Positions 28,350 to 38,946 of a stretch of DNA of 64,000 bases are shown piece after piece. Each line of letters opens with the position of its first letter. The stretch's first letter is position 1. The position numbers and the translations under genes were made by a program. The notes below the pieces were generated by a model. It saw nothing but the letters and a program-made list of their open reading frames with translations. It was not told the DNA's origin and made no database searches. Source of the DNA: an uncultured delta proteobacterium (GTDB taxonomy: Bacteria > Desulfobacterota > Binatia > UBA9968); the NCBI GenBank assembly GCA_963840855.1, contig CAWJBB010000061.1, positions 32,001 to 96,000 of the forward strand, read 5' to 3'.

Positions 28350-30596
28350 CTATCCGATTGCCGGTAAAGCCGCTAGTTGGTGGCGTACCGGCAGCTCGAT
28401 TATAAACCTGGTTCCCTTCGGCTCGTTGGGCCGAACGCGGATATAACCGTGATGATCTTCCACGATGGCGCTAACGATGGAAAGCCCCAGGCCCGTACCG
28501 TCCCGCTTGGTTGAGAAGTATGGCTCGAAGATGCGCGACCGCACCTCCGGCGGCAAGCCCCTGCCATTGTCCGCCACTTCGAGACAAACTTTGGTTAAAG
28601 CATGCTCATAGCTCGTGGTGATCTCCACGTCTCCCCTGCCATCCATCGCCGTCACGGCATTGTCCAGTAGATTGATCAAGGCCCGCTTGATCTGGTTTCG
28701 GTCCAACTCCAAGGCCGGGATAACGCCCGGGTGAAATTCAAAACGGATGGTGCGATGCCCCTCCTGGAAGAGAAACAACGCCTCCCGCACGACTTCGTTG
28801 AGATCATTCACGGCCAGCTCCGCCGCCGGAAGTCGCGCGAACTGGGCGAATTCGTTCACAAGACGCTTGAGTTCTTCGACTTGCCGAATGATGGTCGTCG
28901 TGCATTTATCGAGAATCGCGCCGTCGCCTTCGAGCATCTTCGCATAACGTTTCCTCAGCCGTTCCGCCGACAGCTGGATCGGCGTGAGCGGGTTTTTGAT
29001 CTCATGGGCGATGCGCCGCGCCACTTCGCGCCATGCTTCCATGCGCTGCGCTTTCTGAATCTCGGTAATATCTTCCACGAACACCATCACGCCCAGACTG
29101 CGGCCGTCGTCGTCGCGCAAGGTGGCCGCGTTGGCCACCACCGTCAGCACCCGGTCCGGCAGGGATATCGACAATTCCTTTTCGACGCTCTCGCCGTCTT
29201 TGACGTTTTCCATGATTTCGCGCATCGGCTTGAGCTGTTCGGCGGCGAAAATCCGTTCCTGCGAATGGCCCAGGGCATCGGCACCGTTTATGCCGAAAAT
29301 TCTTTCCGCGGCTTTGTTCCAAGCGGTGATCTGGCCGCCGGCATCGACGGCGATGACCGCGGCATTGACGTTGGCAAGCAGGGTCTCCATATAGCGGCCG
29401 CGCCGTTCGATTTCGAATGTCATCTGCTTTAAATCCCGCGTCATGCCATTGAAAGAGTCCACGAGGGTGCCGATCTCGTCGTCGCCGCTGGCTTCAATCT
29501 GGTAGTCCCAATTGCCCTGCGCCACTGCATGGGTTCCCTCGGCCAACTGCTGGATCGGCACAGTGATACCTTTGGCCAGATAGAGGCCGAACCATGTCGC
29601 CGCAAATATGATAACGAGGGTAATAAGAAGCAACGTGAGAATGTAGCTGTTCTTGATCGGCGTTTTGAGAAACATGGAATGCTTATACTGTTCATAAGAG
29701 CGGGAGATCTGCGAGGCGCGCTTGGCGATGCTTTTGGGAACATAATAGTCCACCACCACAGCGCCTCGGATACGCTTGCCGTCGCCGTATACCGGCGCGC
29801 CGCCGCGAATCACATCACCCTCGCCGAACTCTTGCGTGCGCGTCACTTCCAAGCCGCGCAGCGCGCCGTTCAAGAACTCGGAGTCCGCCTTGATAGTAAC
29901 TCCCGTCGGCACGTCGTTGTTAAACGCCACCACGAGCAGTCGACGGTCCGGAGTGAACAACTCCACCGTGCCAAGGTTATATTCCCGCTGCTTGCGCGTG
30001 ACGAACTGTTTCAGCTCGGCGATACGCTGCGCGTCAAATAGTCTTTCCTCGGTGATCAGCCGGCTCAGCTGTTTGGCATAAAAAAGCGCGTTGTTGGCCG
30101 AATTTTGATAATAGGTCTGGCCTATTTCCAGCGAACCCTGGAGCGCGCTTTCGACCTGGACGTCGAACCAGCGTTCAAACGAGCGGGTCACAAAGCCGCC
30201 GGCGATCACGAACAAGATCAAGGTCGGCACCAACGACAGGCCGACAAAGGCCAGCACCAGCCGCACGCGCAGCCGGGAGCCAAGTATGTGGCGTTTGCGC
30301 TCGAAAACCAACTTGACTAGGTTTCGGACCACCAGAAAAACCATGAGCATAAGCAAAATGATGTTGATATTGATTAACAGGAAAAAGACGATGTTGTTGC
30401 CGAGCGATTGCTCGGTAGAAGCGTCGGGGAGGTTGACCTCGAAGTACGCGAACGCCGCCACCGTGAGGGCAGTGACAACAATCACCCACGCCTCGCGCCT
30501 GCGCCGTTTGGCCTCTTCCAGTTTGAGACTTTCCGCTATCGGTTTGGCCGGGTGAACCGCTTCCATGGGACTCTTTCCGGGAACATTATCGGACAA
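28350..30596 (-). CDS. NtrY-like membrane sensor histidine kinase (TM-HAMP-PAS-HisKA-HATPase)
   Basis: AQR.EAWREVARRIAHEIKNPLTPIQLSAERL, NLLDNA, DNG.G, FEPYFST and GTGLGL. Confidence 0.93.
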   Translation of the reverse strand: MSDNVPGKSPMEAVHPAKPIAESLKLEEAKRRRREAWVIVVTALTVAAFAYFEVNLPDASTEQSLGNNIVFFLLININIILLMLMVFLVVRNLVKLVFERKRHILGSRLRVRLVLAFVGLSLVPTLILFVIAGGFVTRSFERWFDVQVESALQGSLEIGQTYYQNSANNALFYAKQLSRLITEERLFDAQRIAELKQFVTRKQREYNLGTVELFTPDRRLLVVAFNNDVPTGVTIKADSEFLNGALRGLEVTRTQEFGEGDVIRGGAPVYGDGKRIRGAVVVDYYVPKSIAKRASQISRSYEQYKHSMFLKTPIKNSYILTLLLITLVIIFAATWFGLYLAKGITVPIQQLAEGTHAVAQGNWDYQIEASGDDEIGTLVDSFNGMTRDLKQMTFEIERRGRYMETLLANVNAAVIAVDAGGQITAWNKAAERIFGINGADALGHSQERIFAAEQLKPMREIMENVKDGESVEKELSISLPDRVLTVVANAATLRDDDGRSLGVMVFVEDITEIQKAQRMEAWREVARRIAHEIKNPLTPIQLSAERLRKRYAKMLEGDGAILDKCTTTIIRQVEELKRLVNEFAQFARLPAAELAVNDLNEVVREALFLFQEGHRTIRFEFHPGVIPALELDRNQIKRALINLLDNAVTAMDGRGDVEITTSYEHALTKVCLEVADNGRGLPPEVRSRIFEPYFSTKRDGTGLGLSIVSAIVEDHHGYIRVRPNEPKGTRFIIELPVRHQLAALPAIG

Positions 30597-30607
30597 TTCG
30601 AGAAATT

Positions 30608-30820
30608 CTATCTGCGAAAGAAATAAACGACAAGGGAAATCAACACGCTGACGAGCAGACAGGTGGCCAGCGGAAAATAAAAAGTAAACCGCTCGCGCTC
30701 AATCGTAATATCGCCGGGCAGGTGGCCGAGCCAGGGGATCTTGCCGCCGAGCAAGAAAATCACCCCAAAGAGGACTAACACGATGCCAATAAAGATAAGA
30801 GTTTTACCCAGACCCTCCAT
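30608..30820 (-). CDS. DUF2905 family small membrane protein
   Basis: LG.LPGDI.I.R..FTFYFPLATCLLVS. Confidence 0.88.
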   Translation of the reverse strand: MEGLGKTLIFIGIVLVLFGVIFLLGGKIPWLGHLPGDITIERERFTFYFPLATCLLVSVLISLVVYFFRR

Positions 30821-30978
30821 GATCGGTCCCTCCGAGTAAACCTATTATGGTCAAGCTGTTGCCGGGCTTCCCGCCTCATCTCCAGGCTCGTGGATCGCAG
30901 GAGCGCAAACGCCAATTTTTTCAATCAGCATCGAGCATTTTCCATTTTGCATTCCGCTATCACCACCCACCCTACTCT

Positions 30979-32004
30979 TCAGAACAGACTCGGCTGGTTT
31001 TTCGCTCCGATCGGTTTCACTCCACTCTGACTCCGGTCAAAATGTTCGTAAGCCAAAGCCGTGGCGACGCGCCCGCGGGGCGTGCGCTGCACGAACCCGG
31101 CCTGGATCAAAAACGGCTCGTAGACATCCTCGATGGTATCTTTCTCTTCCCCTATGGCGGCGGCGAGGGTTTCCACTCCGACCGGCCCACCGGCAAATTT
31201 ATCGATGAGCGTCAACAGCAACATCGTGTCCATTTTGTCCAGTCCCCGCCGATCGACCTCTAACATTCGCAACGCCTCGTCCGTGAGCGACTTTGTAATC
31301 GTTCCATTACCTTTGACCTGGGCGTAGTCGCGCACCCGCCGCAACAGCCGGTTCGCTATCCTTGGCGTGCCGCGCGAGCGGGTCGCGATCTCTGCAATGC
31401 CGGCACTATCCGCATTCACGCCGAGTATGGTCGCGGAGCGTTTTAAGATGCGCGAAAGCGCGCCGGTGTCGTAATAGTCCAAGCGATGGATGTGGCCGAA
31501 GCGGTCGCGCAGGGGGGAAGTCAATAGCCCGGAACGCGTGGTCGCGCCGATCAGCGTAAAGCGCTTGAGCTCCAACTTGATGGAACGAGCAGCCGGTCCC
31601 TGACCGATCATGATATCGATCTGATAATCCTCCATCGCGGGGTAGAGCACTTCTTCCACCACATGGTTCAAGCGGTGAATCTCATCGATAAAAAGGACAT
31701 CGCCTTCTTCGAGGTTGGTAAGCAGCGCCGCCAAGTCGCCCGGCCGTTCGACCACGGGCCCGGAAGTCGCCCTAATATTCACGCCCCTCTCACGGGCGAT
31801 GATGTAGGCCAATGAAGTCTTACCCAGGCCGGGGGGACCGTGAAAAAGAATATGATCGAGCACATCGCCCCGGCCCTGGGCCGCGACAATGGCCACTTTC
31901 AAGTTTTCCTTAATTGACTCTTGACCGACGTACTCATCGAAGCCGCGCGGCCGCAGATTGGCTTCGTAGTTTACTTCGTCGTCGTCCCTATGCCCATCGA
32001 TCAT
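30979..32004 (-). CDS. ruvB: Holliday junction branch migration helicase RuvB
   Basis: [30 protein letters not shown] and [16 protein letters not shown]. Confidence 0.98.
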   Translation of the reverse strand: MIDGHRDDDEVNYEANLRPRGFDEYVGQESIKENLKVAIVAAQGRGDVLDHILFHGPPGLGKTSLAYIIARERGVNIRATSGPVVERPGDLAALLTNLEEGDVLFIDEIHRLNHVVEEVLYPAMEDYQIDIMIGQGPAARSIKLELKRFTLIGATTRSGLLTSPLRDRFGHIHRLDYYDTGALSRILKRSATILGVNADSAGIAEIATRSRGTPRIANRLLRRVRDYAQVKGNGTITKSLTDEALRMLEVDRRGLDKMDTMLLLTLIDKFAGGPVGVETLAAAIGEEKDTIEDVYEPFLIQAGFVQRTPRGRVATALAYEHFDRSQSGVKPIGAKNQPSLF

Positions 32005-32111
32005 AGAAATTTACCCAACTCGCCGGCGCGCGCCCTCACCCTTCTCTCTCCCAGGGGGCGGGGCTGCCGTCAAACCAAAAGCGGCCCCGCGGACGGAAAT
32101 CCAAAATTACC

Positions 32112-32705
32112 TTACCGGCCCATGCGGCGCAGCGCTTCCTTTAAAATGTTTTCCAATGCGTCTTCGCCCCCTTCGAGGACAGCGCGAACGTTGTTCTCCG
32201 CTTCGCCCTTGCGATATCCGAGATTGACCAGCGCCGACACGGCATCTTGCATCAGGTGCGAATCGCGTTCCCTTGGTTTACTGGAGGCGCCCGCGGATGG
32301 TAGAGTCATGAACTTATCCTTCAGTTCGACAATCATGCGCTCGGCCAGTTTCCTACCGACTCCGGGAATGCCGAGCAGCCGCACCTGGTCTCCCTCTTTC
32401 AGCGCCCGCGCCAGATCCTCCGCTGCTATCCCCGACAAGATGTTGACCGCCAGCTTGGGCCCGATTCCCGACACGGCCGTCAGCAGCAAGAAAACCTGCT
32501 TCTCGGCGCTATCCTGAAAACCGAAAAGCTGCAAAGTATCCTCGCGCACATGGGTATAGACTTGCAAACTCACCCGGCCACCGATCTCCGGCAAGCTATA
32601 AAATACATTTAAAGGAATAGAGATCTGGTAGCCAACGCCGTTGACGTCGACAACGATCTCACCGGGGATTTTTTGCGCTAAAGTGCCGCTAATATGCGCG
32701 ATCAC
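32112..32705 (-). CDS. ruvA: Holliday junction branch migration protein RuvA
   Basis: VDVNGVGY, HVRED..LFGF, VSGIGPK and ALVNLGY. Confidence 0.97.
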   Translation of the reverse strand: MIAHISGTLAQKIPGEIVVDVNGVGYQISIPLNVFYSLPEIGGRVSLQVYTHVREDTLQLFGFQDSAEKQVFLLLTAVSGIGPKLAVNILSGIAAEDLARALKEGDQVRLLGIPGVGRKLAERMIVELKDKFMTLPSAGASSKPRERDSHLMQDAVSALVNLGYRKGEAENNVRAVLEGGEDALENILKEALRRMGR

Positions 32706-32750
32706 GATGAAATTAGAGATACGATGATGACGGCCGCTTTATTCCGGCGC

Positions 32751-33341
32751 CTATCGCTTTGATACAACTCTCGGGTGATCCCGCCAACTCGCCTTTACGG
32801 CGCGGCTCACGGCGCCAGCCATTCGAGTTTGGTAAGCTCTGCGGTGGATGTGGCAAATCGCGGCGGCTAGAGCATCCGCGGCGTCGCCGCGCAGGGAGCC
32901 GCGTAGATCGAGCAACGCGCTCACCATCTTTTGTATTTGCTCCTTGGTCGCATGCCCATAACCGACAACCGCGACTTTAATTTCCGTCGCCGAATACTCG
33001 GACACAGCGATTTGATTTTGCGCCGCCGCTAACATTGCCATGCCGCGCGCTTGGCCGAGCTTCAACGCGCTCTGCACGTTACGGGAAAAGAATACTTTCT
33101 CCAGGCTCATATCGGCTGGGCAATACTGCTTTATAACCTCCTCTAAGCCGCAATGAATCTGCCACAAACGCTCGGCTTGGCCGAGAGCCGTCGATGTTCC
33201 CACGATGCCGTGGGCGACATGGCGCAGCTGATTTCCTTCAAGCTCCACCAGCCCCCAACCGGTAACGATCGAACCGGGATCGACTCCGAGAATCGTTTCG
33301 CCCCGCGGCCGCGGCGCGCTCGTCTTCGCCACCGGGGTCAC
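32751..33341 (-). CDS. ruvC: Crossover junction endodeoxyribonuclease RuvC
   Basis: ILGVDPG, E.VFF..N.QSALKLGQARG and DAADALA.AICH. Confidence 0.97.
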   Translation of the reverse strand: MTPVAKTSAPRPRGETILGVDPGSIVTGWGLVELEGNQLRHVAHGIVGTSTALGQAERLWQIHCGLEEVIKQYCPADMSLEKVFFSRNVQSALKLGQARGMAMLAAAQNQIAVSEYSATEIKVAVVGYGHATKEQIQKMVSALLDLRGSLRGDAADALAAAICHIHRRAYQTRMAGAVSRAVKASWRDHPRVVSKR

Positions 33342-33345
33342 CGGA

Positions 33346-34092
33346 TCAGCTCACCTTTTCCATCAACTCGGCGGGGATATTGAAATTCGCCGACACATTC
33401 TGAACATCGTCGTGATCCTCCAACTCTTCGGTGAGCTTGAGAATCTGCTCGACATTCTTGGCATCGACGTCAACGGTGTTTTTCGGCGTCAGCGTCACTT
33501 GGGCGCTGGCGACGGCTATTTTCTCGTGATCCAAGCGGTCCTTAACCGCGTGAAAATCTTCCGGCTGCGTCACCACTTCGAAGAATTCGTCTTCATCGCG
33601 GACATCCTCAGCCCCCGCGTCAAGTACGATCCCCAACAACCTTTCTTCGTCAGTCTGAGACTTCTCAACTGTAATCAGCCCCTTCTTATCGAACATCCAT
33701 CCCACGCAGCCCGTCTCCCCCAAGTTGCCGCCGTGCTTGGTGAATAACCGGCGGATCTCCGACACGGTTCGATTCTTATTGTCAGTCAATACCTGGGCGA
33801 TGATCGCCGCCCCGCCCGGGCCGTAGCCCTCGTACTGGATCTCCTCGTAGGTAACCCCTTCGAGCTCGCCTGTGCCTTTTTTGATCGCCCGGTCGATATT
33901 ATCACCGGGCATACTTTGGGTCCGCGCCGTCATCACCGCCGTGCGCAAACGCGGGTTGGCGTTGATATCACCTCCGCCCATGCGCGCCGCCACCGTGATT
34001 TCCTTGATCAGTTTAGTGAAGAGCTTGCCCCGTTTGGCGTCCTTGGCGGCCTTCTTGTGCTTGATCGTGCTCCATTTGGAATGACCTGACAT
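33346..34092 (-). CDS. yebC: YebC/PmpR family protein
   Basis: [22 protein letters not shown] and LTDNKNRT. Upstream of ruvC, as is usual. Confidence 0.96.
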   Translation of the reverse strand: MSGHSKWSTIKHKKAAKDAKRGKLFTKLIKEITVAARMGGGDINANPRLRTAVMTARTQSMPGDNIDRAIKKGTGELEGVTYEEIQYEGYGPGGAAIIAQVLTDNKNRTVSEIRRLFTKHGGNLGETGCVGWMFDKKGLITVEKSQTDEERLLGIVLDAGAEDVRDEDEFFEVVTQPEDFHAVKDRLDHEKIAVASAQVTLTPKNTVDVDAKNVEQILKLTEELEDHDDVQNVSANFNIPAELMEKVS

Positions 34093-34290
34093 AAGCGGGC
34101 CTCTCCCGTGAAAATTTACTGTAAAGTAACACAATCGCCCCCGAGGGTAAACCGCTGTCGCGTTGATTGACGCACAGCAAAAAACAACGTAGCATCTATC
34201 ATCCCGCTTCGCGTTTCCGTCACCCCAATGCGACAAAAGACTCATGGCGCGGAGATTTTCGCCGGCGCGCATCGTCGCAAACTCAAATCG

Positions 34291-34968
34291 ATGAAGAACC
34301 GCTACGCTCATAGCTTTCGCAGTGCGGCCTTTGGGTTGGCTATGGCAGTGCTAACCGCCTGCGCCGTGCCACCGGGACGAGTTAGGCTGCCGCCAACTCC
34401 AGCGCCGGAAAACCGCGCGGCGCAATCCGGCATCGCGTCATGGTACGGGCCGGGATTTCACGGCCAGGCCACCGCTAGCGGCGACATCTACAACCAGGAC
34501 GATCTCACCGCAGCGCACCAGACGCTGCCGCTGGGCACGCGCGTCATGGTGACCAACTTGAACAACGGCAAGTCCATCGAGGTCTTGGTTAATGACCGCG
34601 GGCCTTTCGCCAAGGGACGAATCATCGATCTGTCCCATGCCGCCGCAAGGTCCATCGATATGGTCGGTCCTGGCACCGCGCCGGTGCGCATCGAAGTGAT
34701 CGAAGCGCCCTACAAGATCCAAGCGATTCGCGCGTCCCTGGATTATACCCTGCAAGTGGGCTCTTTCGCACAACTGGAAAACGCGCAGCAAATGCGCGAC
34801 CGCCTGCAACAATTTTATTCAGAAATTGCCATCGTGCCAATGCAGTCCAGCAATCGCACCTACTACCGTGTCCAGCTCGGCAACTATTCGAACCGCGCCG
34901 CAGCCGAGGAACAGGCGCGGCAACTGGCGCAAAGCGGCTACTCCGTCATTATTATGGAGAAACAATAG
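34291..34968 (+). CDS. rlpA: Septal ring lytic transglycosylase RlpA family lipoprotein with a SPOR domain
   Basis: Lipobox LTAC, GIASWYG, TAAH.TLP, VNDRGPF..GRIIDLS and a C-terminal LQVGSF...YRVQLG. Confidence 0.93.
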   Translation: MKNRYAHSFRSAAFGLAMAVLTACAVPPGRVRLPPTPAPENRAAQSGIASWYGPGFHGQATASGDIYNQDDLTAAHQTLPLGTRVMVTNLNNGKSIEVLVNDRGPFAKGRIIDLSHAAARSIDMVGPGTAPVRIEVIEAPYKIQAIRASLDYTLQVGSFAQLENAQQMRDRLQQFYSEIAIVPMQSSNRTYYRVQLGNYSNRAAAEEQARQLAQSGYSVIIMEKQ

Positions 34969-35113
34969 TCTGGTGTCTTGAGTCTCGGGTCCCGAGTTAA
35001 GGAGCGAGAAAAGAATTTACCTATTGCCTACCGCCTGTTGCCTGTTTTCGAATCCGAAAACTTTGACTTTGAACGTTGAACTTTGAACACGAATCCGCCA
35101 CCGGCGGATTCGC

Positions 35114-36037
35114 TCAGTTGCGGTCGAGCAAAAGATAATGGCTGTTTTCTTTCTTTACGCGGCGTTCGTCGATGAGCTTTTCGAGATGGGCCTGCACGGA
35201 AAACTCCGCCACTCGCTTGAGCGCCGCCGAGACATCGACGTAGATCATTTCCGTAATATCGCCGATGGTATTTCGCCCGCTGCGCAGAGCCCGTAAGACC
35301 TGCTGCTCGCGCATTCGTCGATGTTCGATGTACTCGCGGATTTTTTCTTCCGCTTTGGCGACCAGCGGCCCGTGGCCGGGCAAGATCAAGTCCACTGAGA
35401 ATCCGAGCAGACGCTCCAGCGACTTGAGATAATCCGTCATATTGCCGTCGGGCGGGCGAATCACCGCGGTGCCGTAGCCGAGGATATTGTCACCGCTAAA
35501 TAGCACCTTTTCGTCCCCTTCATAAAAGCAGCAGTGGCCGGACTCATGTCCCGGCGTGTGCAATACATGCAGTTCCCCGCCGCCGAAGCTGATACGGTCG
35601 TCGTCACCGTACTGGAAGTCCTCGCCGCCAAGATAACCCGCCCGTGAGCGGTGGATACCCAATTTAGCGCCACAGCGTTTTCGAAGCGCCAGCGCGCCGC
35701 CGCAATGATCGCTGTGGATATGCGTGAGCAAAATCTTGTCGATCTTTTTTACGCCCATCGCTTCGGCTTGCTCCAGAATACCGTCCATGTTCGAGTCGGC
35801 GCTGAGCGCGACATCGATCACCAGCGCGCTCTCCTTGCCGACGATATATTGATTCGTCCCCTGCAGCGTCATGATGCCGGGATTGTCGGCGGTGAATTTT
35901 CCGATATGGGCCGGTGTCGCCATAGGGCTCCTCTCAGCGGCGTGAACGCTCGATAGCAAAAATCGAGTCGATTCGAAAAACACCGCCATCGCTGCTTTCC
36001 CGAGCGCCGCCAGCGCTTCGCGTCGTCTCATTGGCAT
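35114..36037 (-). CDS. MBL-fold metallo-hydrolase with a C-terminal winged helix (LACTB2-like)
   Basis: NPG.MTL.GTN, THIHSDH, HTPGH, FSGD and PGHG. An alternative start at 35923 has a strong SD. Confidence 0.9.
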   Translation of the reverse strand: MPMRRREALAALGKAAMAVFFESTRFLLSSVHAAERSPMATPAHIGKFTADNPGIMTLQGTNQYIVGKESALVIDVALSADSNMDGILEQAEAMGVKKIDKILLTHIHSDHCGGALALRKRCGAKLGIHRSRAGYLGGEDFQYGDDDRISFGGGELHVLHTPGHESGHCCFYEGDEKVLFSGDNILGYGTAVIRPPDGNMTDYLKSLERLLGFSVDLILPGHGPLVAKAEEKIREYIEHRRMREQQVLRALRSGRNTIGDITEMIYVDVSAALKRVAEFSVQAHLEKLIDERRVKKENSHYLLLDRN

Positions 36038-36112
36038 ACGCCAATTCGGTCTCGAGTCTAGGGTCTAAAGTTCTCTGTCCAACTCGACACTCGGGACTCT
36101 AGACCATGGGGC

Positions 36113-38806
36113 TTAGTTTTGCAGCAACTGCCTGAGCACGTATTCCAAAATCCCGCCGTGGCGGTAATAATCCAGCTCCGCCGGCGTATCGATGCGGCAG
36201 ATAACCTTAAACGCCGTGGCCTTGCCGTCGTCGCTGGTCGCCATCACGGTCAGTTCCTGGCGCAGTTTGAGCCCGGCATTGATGCCGTTGACATCGAATG
36301 TTTCAAATCCCGTGAGCCCGTGGGTCTTGAGATTCTCTCCCGGCTTGAACTGCAATGGCACGATGCCCATGCCGATCAAATTGCTGCGATGAATACGCTC
36401 AAAGCTCTCCGCGATCGCCGCGCGCACACCCAGTAGTCGCGGCCCCTTAGCGGCCCAGTCGCGCGACGAGCCGGAGCCATACTCTTTGCCGGCAACGACG
36501 ATCAGCGGTATCCCCTCTTTCTGGTATTGCATCGCCGCGTCGTAGATCGACATCTGCTTTTTGTCCGGGAGGTGGACGGTGACGCCGCCCTCGGTGCCGG
36601 GCGCGAGGAAATTCTTCAGACGAATATTCGCAAAAGTCCCGCGCATCATAACCTCATGATTACCGCGCCGCGCACCGTACTGGTTAAAATCCTTGGGCAG
36701 AACGTCGTTATTAATGAGATAGCGCGCTGCAGGGCCGTTCTTTTCGATGGAGCCAGCCGGCGAAATATGGTCCGTAGTCACGGAGTCGCCGAGCAGAGCC
36801 AAGACCCGCGCGCCCTTAATCTCCCGCGGCTGACCGGGTGTTTTGGACATATTTTCAAAGTACGGCGCCTCGCGCACGTAGGTCGAATGTGGGTCCCACT
36901 TGAAAAGCTCGCCCTCGGGCACTGGAAGGCTCTTCCAGCGCGCGTCGCCTTCGGTGGCCTGGCTGTATTCCTTTTTGAACATCTCCGAGCGCACCGACTC
37001 GTTCATTACTTGCTGCACTTCCTGCGGCGTCGGCCAGATGTCTTTGAGATAAACCGGTTTGCCCTGGGGATCGCTACCGAGAGGGTCATTATACAAATCA
37101 ACGTCCATGGTGCCGGCCAAAGCATAGGCGACTACCAGCGGGGGCGACGCCAGATAGTTGGCGCGCACGCTGGGGTGGATGCGCCCCTCGAAATTCCGGT
37201 TGCCGGAGAGCACGGCGGCGGCCACCAGATCGCCCTGCTGGATGCCGTTGGCCACCGGTTCCGGCAATGGGCCGCTGTTGCCTATACAGGTCGTGCAACC
37301 ATAGCCGACCAGGTGAAAACCGATCTTTTCCAAATGCGCCAGGAGACCGCTATCCTTTAGATATTCCGTGACCACCCGGGAGCCCGGCGCCAAGCTGGTT
37401 TTAACCCAAGGCTTGCGCGTGAGGCCCTTTTCGCCGGCCTTCTTGGCCAACAGTCCCGCGCCAATCATAACCGACGGGTTCGAGGTATTCGTACAGCTCG
37501 TGATCGCGGAAATGACGACCGAGCCATGCTTGAGATCAAACTTGTCGCCGTTCGACTGTACCGCCACACTTTTCTGCGCATCACCGCTCTTCATCAATGA
37601 CGGTAAAGCCTCTTTGAAGGCTTTCTTGCTCTCCGTCAACGTAATCCGGTCCTGGGGCCGGCGCGGGCCGGAGATGCTCGGCACGACGCTGGCGAGGTCA
37701 AGTTCCAGCGTGTCGGTGAACATAGGATCAGGGGATTGGTCGGTGCGTAACATCCCCTGCTCTTTAGCGTAAGTTTCCACAAGTTTGATCAAGTGGGGAT
37801 CGCGTCCGGTCAGAGTAAGATATCGCAGCGTTTCATCATCGATCGGAAAATAGCCGATGGTGGCGCCATATTCCGGCGCCATGTTGCCGATGGTGGCGCG
37901 GTCGGCGAGGCTCAGACTCGAAAGGCCCGAGCCAAAGAACTCAACGAACTTCTCGACAACGCCCCTCTTGCGCAGCATCTGCACGACCGTGAGAACCAGA
38001 TCCGTCGCCGTCGCCCCTTCAGGCAGCCTGCCGTGGAGCTTGAAGCCGATGACTTCGGGAATCAGCATGATGATCGGCTGTCCCAACAGTGCAGCTTCCG
38101 CTTCGATGCCGCCGACGCCCCAGCCGACAACGCCGAGGCCATTGATCATGGGCGTATGCGAATCCGTGCCGACCACGGTATCGGGATACGCGAAGCTCAC
38201 ACCGTCTTTTTTCGCCCGAAAAACGACAGGCGCAAGATATTCGAGATTGACCTGATGGCAGATGCCTACGTCCGGCGGAATCAATCGGAAATTAGCGAAA
38301 GCCGTCTGTCCCCAGCGCAGAAAATTATAGCGCTCGACGTTGCGCTCAAACTCGATCTTGGCATTTTTGTGTACCGCGTCGGCGCTGCCGAAATAGTCCA
38401 CCTGCACCGAGTGATCGATAACCAAATCAACCGGCGCCAAAGGGTTGATTTTTTTCGGATCGCCGCCGAGCCGCTTCATAGCTTCGCGCATCGCCGCCAA
38501 GTCCACCACCGCGGGCACGCCGGTCAAGTCCTGCATCAACACCCGCGCCGGCATGAAGGCGATTTCTTTTTCCTGCTTCGCCGTCGGATTCCAGTTGGCC
38601 AAGGCCTCGATATCGGGTTTGTTGACATGACGGTTGTCTTCTTGTCTCAGCAAATTTTCAAGCAAGACCTTCAAGGACACGGGCAACCGTGAGATATTCG
38701 TGAAACCGGCCTTCTCCAATAAGTCGAGGCGAAAAATATCGTAGCTATGTCCGTCCACCGAAAGCGTCTTGCGCGTGTCGAAACTGTCCACGTACTTCTG
38801 TGCCAT
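36113..38806 (-). CDS. acnA: Aconitate hydratase A
   Basis: [49 protein letters not shown] and [10 protein letters not shown]. Confidence 0.98.
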   Translation of the reverse strand: MAQKYVDSFDTRKTLSVDGHSYDIFRLDLLEKAGFTNISRLPVSLKVLLENLLRQEDNRHVNKPDIEALANWNPTAKQEKEIAFMPARVLMQDLTGVPAVVDLAAMREAMKRLGGDPKKINPLAPVDLVIDHSVQVDYFGSADAVHKNAKIEFERNVERYNFLRWGQTAFANFRLIPPDVGICHQVNLEYLAPVVFRAKKDGVSFAYPDTVVGTDSHTPMINGLGVVGWGVGGIEAEAALLGQPIIMLIPEVIGFKLHGRLPEGATATDLVLTVVQMLRKRGVVEKFVEFFGSGLSSLSLADRATIGNMAPEYGATIGYFPIDDETLRYLTLTGRDPHLIKLVETYAKEQGMLRTDQSPDPMFTDTLELDLASVVPSISGPRRPQDRITLTESKKAFKEALPSLMKSGDAQKSVAVQSNGDKFDLKHGSVVISAITSCTNTSNPSVMIGAGLLAKKAGEKGLTRKPWVKTSLAPGSRVVTEYLKDSGLLAHLEKIGFHLVGYGCTTCIGNSGPLPEPVANGIQQGDLVAAAVLSGNRNFEGRIHPSVRANYLASPPLVVAYALAGTMDVDLYNDPLGSDPQGKPVYLKDIWPTPQEVQQVMNESVRSEMFKKEYSQATEGDARWKSLPVPEGELFKWDPHSTYVREAPYFENMSKTPGQPREIKGARVLALLGDSVTTDHISPAGSIEKNGPAARYLINNDVLPKDFNQYGARRGNHEVMMRGTFANIRLKNFLAPGTEGGVTVHLPDKKQMSIYDAAMQYQKEGIPLIVVAGKEYGSGSSRDWAAKGPRLLGVRAAIAESFERIHRSNLIGMGIVPLQFKPGENLKTHGLTGFETFDVNGINAGLKLRQELTVMATSDDGKATAFKVICRIDTPAELDYYRHGGILEYVLRQLLQN

Positions 38807-38946
38807 GGGGAATCTCCTTATTATCGATGGGTAGTCTATTTTGTAGCTAGGGGACGGCGATAAAGCAACAGGAAGAGCGCGTGCAAGGACCGACGCTATT
38901 GTAACTTGCTTGACGTCGCTCCACGACCTCTGATAATCGAGCAGTC

